Of a stretch of 64,000 nt of DNA, positions 45,176 through 59,782 are shown one piece after another. This stretch comes from the human T2T-CHM13v2.0 reference genome, Homo sapiens. The DNA lies in NCBI RefSeq assembly GCF_009914755.1, contig NC_060934.1; one strand, 5' to 3'. Numbering within the stretch: position 1 is the stretch's first letter; each line of letters starts with the position of its first letter. Under the pieces are notes generated by a model. That model was not told the origin of the DNA. It did not search any database and saw only the letters and a program-made list of their open reading frames with translations. Position numbers and translations under genes: made by a program.

Positions 45176-47202
45176 CATGGTCTTGCAGATATTGCACACT
45201 AGTTTTGTTTTTCTTTTGTATGAGAACTGGATCTATACTTGCCCTTTCTTTCCAGGATAAATCACAATTTTTGGTTCTATAAGTATTCTGCCTTACTTCA
45301 TTAGGACTGCATAAGCACTGTTCACAGCTGAGCTGTGTAGTGTATTACAATTACCTTCTCTTTTGCCACTTTTGTCGTTGTTAGTGTTCTATAGACTGTC
45401 ACTAATTATTTCCAGTGCTCTGCATTAGTGCAAATTCCCTCAAAGAACACAACATGTACTTTCTCAACATTACCATATTGGAGGCATCTTCAGCCTTCAG
45501 TCTGCTCCTGTACAGGCTGCTTGTCCCCCAGACCTGAGCTGTTATCCTGGGTTTTTCCTCACCATGCTGAGATCGTTTCAGCCCTGACCCTGTTGTTTCC
45601 TGGACGGCACTTCTGCCCCCCACACTGTGTTAGCTAGATTTCTTCTTCCTTCGTCCCACCTTGTTTTTTGGATCCCCAACTTCCCTTTTGATTTACTCCA
45701 GTATTTGGGTGGATCCTGTCCTCCAGAAGCTGAGAAAAGGTGCATGTAAGACAAATTTTCTGTTATCTCCCATGTTTGAAAAAGCCTTCAGCCTAATAGT
45801 TAATTGATAGGTTGCCTGGATGCAGAATTCTAGATTGGAAATGGTTTTTCACTTAAAATTTTGAGGCACTGCTTTTATTGTGTTTTAGCTATTGGTGTTT
45901 CTGGTCAAAAGATTAATGTTATTCCGGATTCCACAAACTTTGTATGTTTTTTCCGCCTTTCTGGAACTGTTAGTATTCTCACCTGTTTTGAAATTTATGA
46001 TGTGACCTTAGTATGGTGTTTCTTTTTCTACCGTTTTGCTGGGCACTCAGTGGGTGGGCCCCTTACATCTAGAAATTCATGAGCTTCAGTTTGAGAAACT
46101 TTCCTGAATTAATGCTTTTAGTTGCTTTTGTTTTCTGTTCTGTTAGGAGCTTCAAGTCTTCTAATGCTGAATTTGAACTCTGCTAAATGTCCTCTTCTCT
46201 CTTTCATCTTTTTTGTTCTTAAAGAGATTTCCTCAATTTCACCTTCCAACTTTTTAAATTTAGGTTTTCATTTCTATCACATTTTTAATTTCAATAGCTT
46301 TTTTTGTTTTGTTTTTCATGTTTATGTGTTTTAATACTACCCTGTTCTTTCAAGAGTGGAATGTCATTTCTCCAAGGATATTACTGTCAGTCTTCTAATG
46401 TTCATTGTCATATTCCTCCTTGGTTTTCTGCCTTGGTTTCCCTAAGGTCCTGTTTTGTTTTGGTCTCCTCTGTGATGTTAGAGGCTTTCTGCAAATCTCT
46501 GGTGATCCTATGCTGTTCCTGTATTTAAGATGGGGCACTGAGAAGTTACTGGGAAGTTGCTTTGAGAGTGGGCAGGGGCTTTTCCACTGATGGCCTTCAC
46601 TGTGGGTGATCTGGCTCTGCCATCTCACTGCAGACTCCCAGTGTCGCCATCTTGATGGGCTGTCACATGGACTGGTGGCCTCCTGCCTGGAGTGCACAGC
46701 TTGCCTGCCAGTGTTAAACTCTCCCTTGTCTACTCTGCCTCACGTTCTCCAGTCCATGCCCTCTGTGGTTCATTCTCTCAGGAGAGGAAACCTCCAGTCT
46801 TCTGCCCTCAAGTAGCAGCATTATTAAAACATGGGAACACAAAGCTCACCATTCTCTTTAGCAACTTTAAAAATAGGTGTTATATGCAAATGAGTGTATG
46901 AACCAAAGCCTATTCAGATGTCTTTGCAAGTAACTCTGCTTCCTTGGCCAATCTTCATTTCCAACTCCATCTTAACTCCTGCTTTTGAATGAGCAGCACC
47001 AATCGTTGAGACTTCAGGGGTTGGGGATTTGTGATGCAAGCTGGGATGCTTCTTGGCTTCCCCACTGCCAACTTTGGTTGAGCTACCATGGCTCTACTAA
47101 ATCATTTTCATTCAGGCATCTGCTTTCCAGCTTCCAATATTCTGTTGTCTTTTCTCTTGTTCTCTACTCTATTCTACGCATTTAAAAAAAAAAAAAAAAT
47201 CT

Positions 47203-47498
47203 GGCCGGGTACAGTGGCTCACGCCTGTAATCCCATCACTTTCGGAGGCTGAGGCAGTAGGATAGCTTGAATTCAGGAGTTCAAGACCAGCCTTGGCAGC
47301 ATGGCAAGACTATCTCTACCAAGAATAAAAAGTTAGCTGGGCATGGTGGTGTATACCTGTATTCCCAGCTACTCAAGAAGCTGAGGTGAGAGGATCACTT
47401 GAGTCTGGGAGGTGGAGGTTGCAGCGAGCCAAGATTGTGCCACTGCACTCCAGCCTGGGCTGCAGAGCCAGACCCTGTCTCAAAAAAAAAAAAAAAAA
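47203..47498 (+). mobile_element. Alu (J-type)
   Basis: Full dimer with A tail. Confidence 0.92.
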
Positions 47499-47673
47499 TT
47501 CTATTACATTTTTCATAGGAATGTAGAGGTAAATGCTTGTATTTAATTTGAACTGTAACCAGAAATTTTGGCATGGATTTTTAAGTGATGTAAATATAAC
47601 TATGAATAGCCATCTTAAAGTAGGAGGAATCACTGACTGTAAGTTCTTACCTGAGATTTCATTCTGTTTTCAG

Positions 47674-47841
47674 GTGATGATTTTTGGTATCGTGCAGTTG
47701 TTCTGGGGACATCAGACACTGATGTGGAAGTGCTCTATGCAGACTATGGAAACATTGAAACCCTGCCTCTTTGCAGAGTGCAACCAATCACCTCTAGCCA
47801 CCTGGCGCTTCCTTTCCAAATTATTAGATGTTCACTTGAAG
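47674..47841 (+). CDS. TDRD1: TDRD1 exon 22 (Tudor 4 core)
   Basis: tttcag|GT GAT...GAA G|gtagac; DDFWYRA...YADYGN...IIRCSLE. Absent from the ORF track in this frame. Confidence 0.96.
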
Positions 47842-48696
47842 GTAGACAGCTAAGTCACTTTCCAATTTAGGTTTCTGGGTATTTTTTTTTTCCTCTTTAT
47901 GTTTCATAGCTCTAAGTCGGAATCAAATGGGTATTTCCAGTAACTGCCTTAATGTTTTTAAATATTAAGAGTTTTCAAATAAGTTTCATATTCTTTATTC
48001 TTTATCGAATTCTCACAAAAACTGTGTTCAGTCAGTCTTTGTTTTGTAGATTAGTTTCAGAGGGCCAGGGTTCAGAGATTCGGTTTTGCCCCTGGTTGCT
48101 AAGCTAGTAAGTGGCAAGGCCAGGATGTGAAACAGGGTGTCTGGTGTCTGTGAACCAGGGTGTCTGACCTCTCATTTGGGGTCTTTCTGCTTCGTCACAT
48201 CTCTCTTTAGGGACTAAAGGCATTCACATGACACCATTTTTGGCTACCTTATGAAAGATAAATCTGCATATATTCAACTCCTTAGTTGGAATTTGAACAA
48301 AGTGAACAAAAATACTTAAAGTAGCTTTTTACTGTCGCTCCTGATGTCCTTATGCAGAGGACTTGCAGATAATACCATACCGATTGCTTCATGGTCCTCT
48401 TAGGTTTTGACTCAGAGTTGGAAAATTATCTTTGTTTCTCCTGTTGGAATATATGAAGGACAGATGTGTCTGTTTCGTGCCCTCTAGTCCAAGATTAGTG
48501 CTTGATGCCTTGTTAGGTGATCAATCAATATGTATTGAATAAATTTGTCTTTTGTAATGCAACAGCAGTAGTACATCAGAACACACCTAAATCCAGCTGA
48601 AGTCCAGTAAGCCTTTTGCTTATTATTCTTAGATAATTTATCTAAATTCTGTCTTTTTAAAAGGGACTAAAAGACTATAATATCTATTTTTTCCAG

Positions 48697-48924
48697 GATT
48701 AATGGAATTGAATGGAAGCTCTTCTCAATTAATAATAATGCTATTAAAAAATTTCATGTTGAATCAGAATGTAATGCTTTCTGTGAAAGGAATTACAAAG
48801 AATGTCCATACAGTGTCAGTTGAGAAATGTTCTGAGAATGGGACTGTCGATGTAGCTGATAAGCTAGTGACATTTGGTCTGGCAAAAAACATCACACCTC
48901 AAAGGCAGAGTGCTTTAAATACAG
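48697..48924 (+). CDS. TDRD1: TDRD1 exon 23
   Basis: ttccag|GA TTA ATG...ACA G|gtattc; LMELNG...SALNT. Confidence 0.95.
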
Positions 48925-49534
48925 GTATTCTTTTCAAGTGTTATTAATAACAGATGTTAAGTGTGAGGAATAACAGATAATCAATTTAGTTGACTTGACC
49001 TTTTCTCACTTCCCATGCCATACTCTCTCCTCCTCCTCCACAAATCCAGTGGCAGGGTTCTGATTCCTGTGGCTGCCTGGGAGGGCCGCCTTGATGGAGG
49101 CAGTCCTCCGAGTCCAGATAGTCCTTAGATCAGACTTGTCAGCACTGCTGTGGGAATTGACACCAAGAGCTTTGAAAATGCCAGGCATTCTGCGTGCTTC
49201 TTATTTCCAATTTACTTTCTATCCTGATCAAACTGAGAAGTCATATTTTTGAGATTCCATCTTCCTGGTACTTCATAAGATGTATATTTGACAGACCTGG
49301 CCTCAATCAAAAAGAGAGATGATTGACAACCAAAACCTTGGAGACATGGGTTGTTAATGTGGTCAAATCCAGACCATGGTAGTAGATAATCTCAAAGCCC
49401 AAATGGATCCATCCAGGTCTTTGTAGTCGGAACCCATGCGCAAGGGGGAGAGCTATCTGTATATGTTTACACTCCCAAGTTTTTCTTCTTTACATTATGT
49501 GTTATCTAATGGCTTATTTTTCTTGTGCTTTTAG

Positions 49535-49581
49535 AAAAGATGTATAGGATGAATTGCTGCTGCACAGAGTTACAGAAACAA
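49535..49581 (+). CDS. TDRD1: TDRD1 exon 24
   Basis: ttttag|AA AAG...AAA CAA|gtaggt; KMYRMNCCCTELQKQ. Confidence 0.92.
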
Positions 49582-49662
49582 GTAGGTAAAATTTCCTTTA
49601 AGTGAAATTATACTCCTAACGTTTTTAGAAATTAAATCATATGGTTTCTTTTTCACCCACAG

Positions 49663-49755
49663 GTTGAAAAACATGAACATATTCTTCTCTTCCTCTTAAA
49701 CAATTCAACCAATCAAAATAAATTTATTGAAATGAAAAAACTGTTAAAAAGTTAA
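49663..49755 (+). CDS. TDRD1: TDRD1 exon 25, stop codon of the 1180-aa form
   Basis: ccacag|GTT GAA...AAA AGT TAA|gtaagt; VEKHEH...MKKLLKS*. Confidence 0.92.
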   Translation, partial: VEKHEHILLFLLNNSTNQNKFIEMKKLLKS

Positions 49756-50162
49756 GTAAGTTAAATCGTATGTTTTCGCCTCTTCTGTGATCACCAATAG
49801 GACATCTTCAGGCATATTGGCAGGATAGAGCTAATGGAGTGAAACCTATTGTAAGGCTGTACTTTCGTGATTTAATGACCTGAGGTTTGGTCATAATGCT
49901 TCTGCTGTTTTTGTAGGTTTATCTGATCGTTTTCCTTTGCTACTGCTAATGGAACTGAACCCCCAGGGGTATTCCAGTTGTAATAGCCTTTCCTTACTGT
50001 TGTTTGGTTCTGTGAATGCCTATGTTATTGATATGTGGAGGGACTTGTAAAACTTGTTGTGACATAAAGCTTAGCCTCAGATTTTTTGTCTAGATCTGAA
50101 ATTAACTCAGAGCTCACTTATGCACATTGCTGTAAATATGTTTAGCACTTTTTGCGAGGGGT

Positions 50163-50216
50163 ATCTAAAGGGCCAAGAACGGAAAGTGGATCTAAAGGGC
50201 CAAGAACGGAAAGTGG
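50163..50216. repeat. Perfect 27-bp tandem duplication
   Basis: ATCTAAAGGGCCAAGAACGGAAAGTGG x2. Confidence 0.97.
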
Positions 50217-50426
50217 GCTGCACTGAGGGTATTTTTCATTTAAAAACAAAACATACTCCCTGCTTTTGGCTGTGGTGATTCTAGTGTCTAAAGAACATAC
50301 TGGTGAGTTTTAAACCAGTGTTCCTCCCCACCCCACCCCCATATTTTAAATGTCTGGGATCCTTTGTTGTAAGATGGTTCTCAGAAATAAATTTTTGATT
50401 AAGAGCCAATTAGAACTTCTGATCAG

Positions 50427-50740
50427 GGCTGGGGGTGGTGGCTCACGCCTGTAATCCCAGCACTTTGGGAGGCTGAGGCGGGCAGATCACCTGAGCCCAG
50501 GCGTTCGAAGTCAGCCTGGCCAAGATGGCGAAACACTGCCTCTACTTAAAATACAAAATTAGCTGGGCATGGTGGTGCACACCTGTTAACCCAGCTACTT
50601 GGGAGGCTGAGACAGGAGAATCGCTTGAATCCAGGAGGCGGCGGTTGCAGTGAGCCAAGACTGCTATTATACTCCAGCCTGGGTGACAGAGTGAGAGTTT
50701 GTCTCAAAAACAAAACAAAACAAAACAAAAAAAAAAACAA
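50427..50740 (+). mobile_element. Alu (S-type) with (CAAAA)n tail
   Basis: Full dimer. Confidence 0.93.
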
Positions 50741-51063
50741 CCTCTAATCTCAGAATAAAGTTGTCTCTCCTCACCACTTTGAGTTGTTACAGTTCCAGCC
50801 AAAAGCAAAGGAACTTTGATTTACTTAATATGTGCACTTTTGTTGGTTAACAAATTTATATTAAACTGTTTGGAAATAGTTCAAGAGGTGGCTATAATAC
50901 TCTTCATGAATCTTTTATGGGTGTAGTAACTCTCAAGTAGGAACCAACTGCCAACTGTGTTAAAACATATCTTTCATGTGGTAATAGACCGTTTCTTTGC
51001 GTTTTAAGAAAGGTCAATTGAATTATAAGCTAAATGTAATTAATGCAAGATCAACTATCTTGA

Positions 51064-51755
<692 letters not shown>

Positions 51756-52039
51756 ACCAAGTCATTACATTTTTAACCAAGTTGGTTGGCCTGTATGTTC
51801 TTCTTATCTGTGTAACAGGCATTTTTCCTAAGGATATTGAGTGTGCTTACACATAAAACTTAAAGTGAAATTTCATTGTTTCTTGATAGATTTAAGACAG
51901 GGCTTAGTAGCTTTCAAAAGAAAACTTGATTTAAAGCATAGTAGTTGAACTGGATTTTTCCTGACTGTGGGAATAAATAGATATTTTATTTACATTTGAA
52001 TACAGTGCAATACCTTGTGTTTGGGTAGTACGTATTTAC

Positions 52040-52230
52040 AAAGCATTTTTACATCTACTCACATACTTAATCTTCACAATGCCCTTGAAAAGAAAGTAGG
52101 ACCCATTTTACAGTTAAGGAAGCTGAGGCTCAGAGAGGGTTACATGACTGTCCAAAATCACATACAGGCTGAAACACTAGGTCTTACGACTTAAAACAGT
52201 TGTGTCAACTTCCCTGAGCTGCTACGTGTA
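52040..52230. mobile_element. MIR
   Basis: cccattttacagttaaggaagctgaggctcagagagg core. Confidence 0.75.
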
Positions 52231-52405
52231 CAGTATCCTTTTAGATCAGATCAGTTACATAGGGCATGAAACTAGAGGGTTACATTATTAGGAAAAAATA
52301 ATGTACATGATTGCTTAAGCATTACTTCATTGTGGTGAAAATAGAGCTGAATATTTACTCCTTTAAATTATTCTTTGAGATAGAATGGGTGTAAAAATGT
52401 ATTTT

Positions 52406-52741
<336 letters not shown>

Positions 52742-53110
52742 TTAATTGTTAGCAATTTAATTGTAAAATTGCTAAAACAGAAGTGCTGTGGTGATATGAA
52801 CATAAAACCCTCTGTAATCTGTTGCTCAGGTGATGTTTCAACACACAAGTTAATGTCAGATATCTTTTATATATAAGGAGAGTGCAAACAACTATATGTT
52901 ATATTTGTGAAGGGGAGTATAAACAGCTGTACTTAGCATATATTATGCTATGTTATGGTGGTCATTAATTTTCTTAACTGACAGGTCTGGCTTAAATGCG
53001 TAATTTCAGTTAAAAGTGAATATTTTGTTTGCTTGTATTTGAAATTAAAAGCCATAGCAATTGAGTTTTTGTGTAAGGCATAATGATAGTTGATTTTTTT
53101 TCTTTTTCAG

Positions 53111-53142
53111 AAACAGCATCTCTTGGAGGTAAACCCTTATGA
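53111..53142 (+). CDS. TDRD1: TDRD1 exon 26 coding part (alternative C-terminus KTASLGGKPL*, 1189-aa form)
   Basis: Strong acceptor ttttttctttttcag at 53110. In frame with the upstream donor at 49750/49751. Confidence 0.8.
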
Positions 53143-53433
53143 GACAGGAAACAGCAAAGGCTAGCTTTAGGAGAGAAAGTACAGCACCTGGTGTTTTTAT
53201 TTATGAGAACCTTTTCTTTGTCCACTTTCTCTGTAATGACCTTCTATCCCTCCGTTTTTGCCTGCCTGCCATTCTCCTATTAGGTTGGTGGTTTTTATTT
53301 TCCTCTAAGTTCCTTCCACCAAATAAATATTACGTAAAAAATTCATACCAAATCAATGAGAATACTGGCAAGGAATACATAGGGACTTTCTGCTATATAT
53401 GTAACTTTTTATTACTTAAAGGTACCGAAGGAA

Positions 53434-53584
53434 GGCCAGGTGCAGTGGCTCACGCCCAGCACTTTGGGAGGCTGAGGTGGGAGGATCCCTTGAGGCCAGG
53501 AGTTCAAGGTTACAGTGAGCTATGATAGTGCCACTGCACTCCAGCCTGGGTGACAGATTTTGTCTTAAAAAAAAAAAAAAAAAA
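53434..53584 (+). mobile_element. Alu monomer in the TDRD1 3' UTR
   Basis: Single arm with A tail. Confidence 0.85.
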
Positions 53585-54268
53585 GTTGATATGAGTTTTA
53601 TTTTCTGTCCGTTTGAAATATTTTGTAATATTCCCTGCATTCTCTGTCGTCTGCCTCTTCCACATAATGTCCTTTGCTTTCATGTTTGTTATCTTCTTTT
53701 TCTGTTCACTCAGAGGTCATCAATTTCTTTCTCTCCGTCCTTAATTGGATTATTTTTCTTTTGGCCTTTGGGCACAGAGTCTGACCTCTGGACCACTCTA
53801 ACTGGAGAAGGAACTTTATGTTCCCTCTCCTGCTGTGTCCACAACCTTAGAAATCTGTAGCTAGATTTTTGTTGTTATAGATAGAATTTACTGTTTCTGA
53901 AACCCAAATACAGTTATCAGTTTAAGGTTAAAAAAAAAAAAAAAACGAAGAGTGTATATTTTTCCTGAAGCATGAAAATAATCTCAAATTCTCCTAAACC
54001 ACGCATATGCAGAATTATGGGCTGGCTGACTTTCCTGCCAACCCCAAAGTTTGAATTTTTTTCATGATTTAACTGTCAGACTATGAAACCTAAGATGTTT
54101 CTCACCAACTCAGCAGATACTTGAAAGACTTTTTTTTTTTTTTTTTTTTTTTTTGCTTTTACTGGCAATGTACGTTGTCTAATCTGTTAAATGGGATATT
54201 TCCTCATGTAAAAAGTTGTTAAAACACTGATGTGCTTCTGTTAGATAAAAGCTCACGCTGCTTTGCCC

Positions 54269-54274
54269 AATAAA
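54269..54274 (+). terminator. TDRD1: Polyadenylation signal AATAAA
   Basis: Canonical hexamer followed by a U-rich element (tcttgttttctt, ~54301). Confidence 0.7.
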
Positions 54275-54879
54275 ATTATTTCACTTCCCAACCAGCTTTC
54301 TCTTGTTTTCTTACTGCAGGCATTTTTGCCAATTTCCTTTTTTTTCTTGTACATACTGGGAGAATTAGAGGCTTAATGTGTTCATACTGTCTGCTTTATT
54401 GTTTGTAACCACAGAGGAAATACAAGAATATGCAATCACACAATTGCCGTTTTATTAAGGAAAATTAGGGAAACAAATCAAGGAACACAGAAAAATCAGG
54501 AGTCATTGTTTGGCTTCAAATTGTAACATTTTATCCTATGGTACTAGACATTTGAATAGGAACTGTTTTAATTAAATGGAATTTAATATTATTTGCTGAT
54601 TCAGCTAATTTGCCTTGTTCTCCAAAAGAGACTAGTATCTATAGCACTAGCCTCACAAATAGAGATATAGGTTAAATGTCTCTTGGATTAATGAGACATA
54701 CTGGATCATCAGGTCTTCCTTCTGAGTAGATTTAACATGTTTCCGATTTTGATTAATGTGCCAGCTGCATGTTTCATTCGTTCAATGAATATTTGAGCTC
54801 CAGCTATGAGTCTGACATTGAGGTATGTGCCAGATTTTTTATTTGGGCCAGCACAGCTCTATCATACCAGCTAATATGT

Positions 54880-54983
54880 TCTTCACATCCCCTCAAAATA
54901 TCTGGTTTGGTCATAAATACAGTAGAGCTTCAGTCTTCAGATCCCCTCAGAATATCTGGTTTGGTTATAAGTACCATAGAGCT
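54880..54983. repeat. Diverged 54-bp tandem duplication
   Basis: tcttcacatcccctcaaaatatctggtttggtcataa... / tcttcagatcccctcagaatatctggtttggttataa... Confidence 0.9.
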
Positions 54984-57065
54984 GAGACCGTATATCTGAA
55001 CAAATGATTTAGTCTTGGGTGGAGGCCTTGTAAATATTAAGATAAATCTTACCCAGTTTGCCAGGGAGGAGATTTCTATCATAAGAACAGTGAACTCCTG
55101 GGGGTTGACAAGGGGATAAGGAGCATATTTGATACACTTCTTGTTTTGCTAAAATTCTTTTGCTGCAGCAGCTAGAAATGTAAAAGTCTCAAAATTGTGA
55201 ACGAGGATTAACTACTATTCTGAAATTGATCTCTCTTGCTATGTAATAACAGCTCCGGAAACCAACACGTGAAGATCCTCACCAGCGGGACCCTAAGCTG
55301 CCAAATTCCCAGAGAGAAATTAAGTCATTGTGAGGCTCACTGCTGAGAGAGTGTCAGCCACGAGCAATAGATCACTAGTGTTACTAATAGGCTCCTCACC
55401 AACACAGCTGCCTGGAATTGGCAAGTCGAGCTCTTCTGGGATCAGCCAAAGAGGACACCTGGGCTCCTCCCCATGTAGGTGGTTTTGTGGCCCTACTTGC
55501 ATCCAAACAGCCCTTAATACACACAAAATTGTCGGAGTGTTTTTTGCTTTTTCCAGATAAAGGGAATTGGAGGGTAACCTGTGGTTCTAAACATGCAGTT
55601 AAGAAAGAATGGTAGAATGGTTTTACTTGCCGGAATTAAGGTGGTGAAGTTCTGTTAGAAGTAAGGTTACTGCCCAGTCGCACAGGGTGAGAACTGCAGA
55701 TGGCTCACCCAGAGAACCAACCATTAACGTTCTGGTATTGCCCTGGTCTACGCGCTGCAGTCTGATTTTCCTAGGAAAGTTCTTGCATTTTGGCTATAGT
55801 TTCAAGTAACCTAAAACTGGCTTCATTTAAGGTGTTAGCTAGCTGCCAAGCCTTAGCCATTTTTTCCATGCTTGCTTGCTTCCCTTATCACCCTGAGGGG
55901 ATGCCATTTTTAACACCTTGTGGTGTTAACCTTTTGATGAAGAGGCCCCTATCTCCTGTGATGAGAACCTTCCAGGAAGTGAGACAGACTCTGATGCTTA
56001 TTATAAGGCAGGAGCCTACTCTGCCTCCAGAGTATACCCAGATGCCTCTCTAAATGTGTTCCATGAATACTTAGTTAAGGCAGACATGTGATGACTAAAA
56101 TTCATGATACTGGGAATTTGGAGAGGAGATGGAAATAACATGGAAGTATTGACAGTTTGAGGTAGAGCACTTAGAAAGTTTCATATGTTGGCTGAGTGGT
56201 TATTACACAAGCGTGTGCCTTTGTTCCATGTTTACTTGATTCGGCCAGAAAGCACATTTCCCAAAAGCAAATCCAATACAACTTTGCGCATAATTCTCAC
56301 TGTCTTAAGTAGGAGCTGGGATGGATGCATTAACCCTTCAAACAATTGCTGCCTATTCCATACCTAAGTGGCTTTGGCTTGGAGATGGCAATATTTCTGC
56401 TCCTCATGTCCTGTGTCTCTCTCTGCCCCCAACTTTGTTCTCCTTGTTCTTGGCTCCACAGTTAAGAGACCACAGACCAAATTAGGCTCTGGCTTAATTT
56501 GCTGCTTGTTGAGCGCTTCTGAGTCAGGCTCTTTGTTTCCTCTAGGATGGTTTCTTTGCTGTTTAGTAGGTACTGTTTCGTGTTCTTTTATTTCTCAATA
56601 AGAGGGCTCTGGTTAGTGGCTGCTATGTGGCTTCTGGAAAATATACAACTCTTGGAGCTCTATTAAGCATCCTCCTTTTTGTCTGTTCCTTTCGTGTGTG
56701 CTTTACCTTTCATCATTTGAGGGACTGGATCAAAATATTAGTTGGGATTCTAGAGTTAGGAACTGTTGTACCCATCACCCTTTATAGGTCAGGAAACTGA
56801 GCAATCAAAAGTTAAGTTTCTTTTCTGTGTTACAAAGCCAGTAGGCAGGAGCCCCCTAATCTGAAGCCACAGTCACTTTACTACAATGGGTGCCTCTGGG
56901 TGATGCATGTCACCGAGTACGGATGTCTCCATTTATCCCTGAGTGAAATTCAGTCACCTCTGTGTTTACACTCTCAGTTTACACTAAGACTCTGTGTTTA
57001 TACCTCTTGTGTTTACAACTGAGACACACGGGACAGCGCAACTTGAGAATTAACATCATAGAAGG

Positions 57066-57550
57066 TGTCAACTGAAGAATGAGAAAGTTCATGAATTTGG
57101 AAAGGAGAGCTTTATTTTTCATAAAGCGTGGCCACTGGCAGGGTAGCCATTGCTACAGTCTGGAAAGTGTAGCCTCCAGCCAGAAACCAGAAACACACTT
57201 CCAGGTTGGGAAAAATAAGACAGGAATTTATGCTGAGTGGAGTGGCCAAATACACAGTAAACTATAGGAGGAGTCATGAATATTTATGAAAGATGTACAT
57301 GTGCAATTAAGCTTCATGACTCTTGATGGGTTACATGTACAAAAAAATGGTATTAGCATGATTCTGGGGTGGAGTTTTTGGCCCTCTTGGGTCAAAAGGT
57401 GAAGCAGAGGACACAACTCTCATGGTACATCTTCTATAGACTAGCCAGAGCCACTCCATGGTCCATTGTCTCTTAGGAAGGAATGCTGGTTGCTTGGTTT
57501 GTTGAAACCTTAAAAGGAAGGGGCAGCATCAAGTGGTTGGTTCATATCAA
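57066..57550 (-). mobile_element. ERV1-class solo LTR (subfamily uncertain)
   Basis: TG...CA-type ends (tgtcaactgaagaat...atatca), minus-strand AATAAA at ~57112, MER-LTR-like internal text. Confidence 0.65.
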
Positions 57551-57557
57551 TAGTAGA

Positions 57558-57822
57558 GGCCAGGTGCAGTGGCTCACACCTGCAGTCCCAGCACTGTGAG
57601 GATTCCTTGAGTTTGAGGAGTTCAAGACCAGCTTGGGCAACAGAGCAACACCTCATCTCTACCCAGAACAAAAAAACCACCAGTGCAATGGTACGTGGCT
57701 GTAATCCCAGCTACTCTGGAGGCTGAGGTAAGAGGACTGCTTGAGCCCAGGAGGTCAAGGCTGTGGTGAGCTATGATTGTGCCACTATACTTCAGCCTGG
57801 GGGATACAGTGAGACCCTCAAA
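57558..57822 (+). mobile_element. Alu (J-type)
   Basis: Diverged dimer. Confidence 0.88.
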
Positions 57823-57885
57823 GATAGCAGGGGTGGAGCAAGTCTTTCCCAAAGGGCTGGTTTCTGTTTAACCCTTAAGAAAGAA

Positions 57886-58663
<778 letters not shown>

Positions 58664-59214
58664 TTACATGCCCCTTAGAATGATTGTAATTCATAATAAC
58701 TTTATTTTTTAAATCCTTGTAAATCTTCACAAAGGAAGGGATGTCATGGATGACAAAAGTAGCTACCCAGCTTTCTGCATAAAAAGCCTCCACCCCTGCT
58801 GGTCACCCACTCAGCACTCAGCACTCACCAGGGCCTGCACCACCTGCCTTCCCTCCTGCCCAAGTGCACACCCCGGACAGACTGATTATACATTGATGTG
58901 AAGAAGTCTGAAGCAACAGGTATCTTCACTGTATTTATGCTTTCAGTTCTTCATAATCACAGAATGAAAATGTGAAATACCTCCCCCCCCCCCGCCCCCA
59001 ATTAAAGACATGCCAAATACTTCAGGAACAACCAGGATTGAAATTTGGCTTCTCCAAGGTAAGCCTGATAAGGTCAAAGTATGCTGGTACCTGTTAAACA
59101 GCATAAGGGGTACAGGGAGAGGGTTGTCAAAGGTAGAATTTCCACTTTCTTGAGGACCTGGGGTCTGCCCTTGTTGGACATCTCTGGAGCAGCACAGGCC
59201 ACTCACCCCATTTG

Positions 59215-59782
<568 letters not shown>

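Larger units (their letters stand above)
53143..54293 (+). other. TDRD1: TDRD1 3' UTR
   Basis: Follows the last acceptor and stop, and ends ~20 nt after AATAAA 54269. Confidence 0.7.

Noticed and set aside
49006-49188. GC-richer intronic patch with a 60-aa minus-strand ORF, possible antisense exon or pseudogene fragment
   Set aside because: No recognisable homology and no credible acceptor on the minus strand
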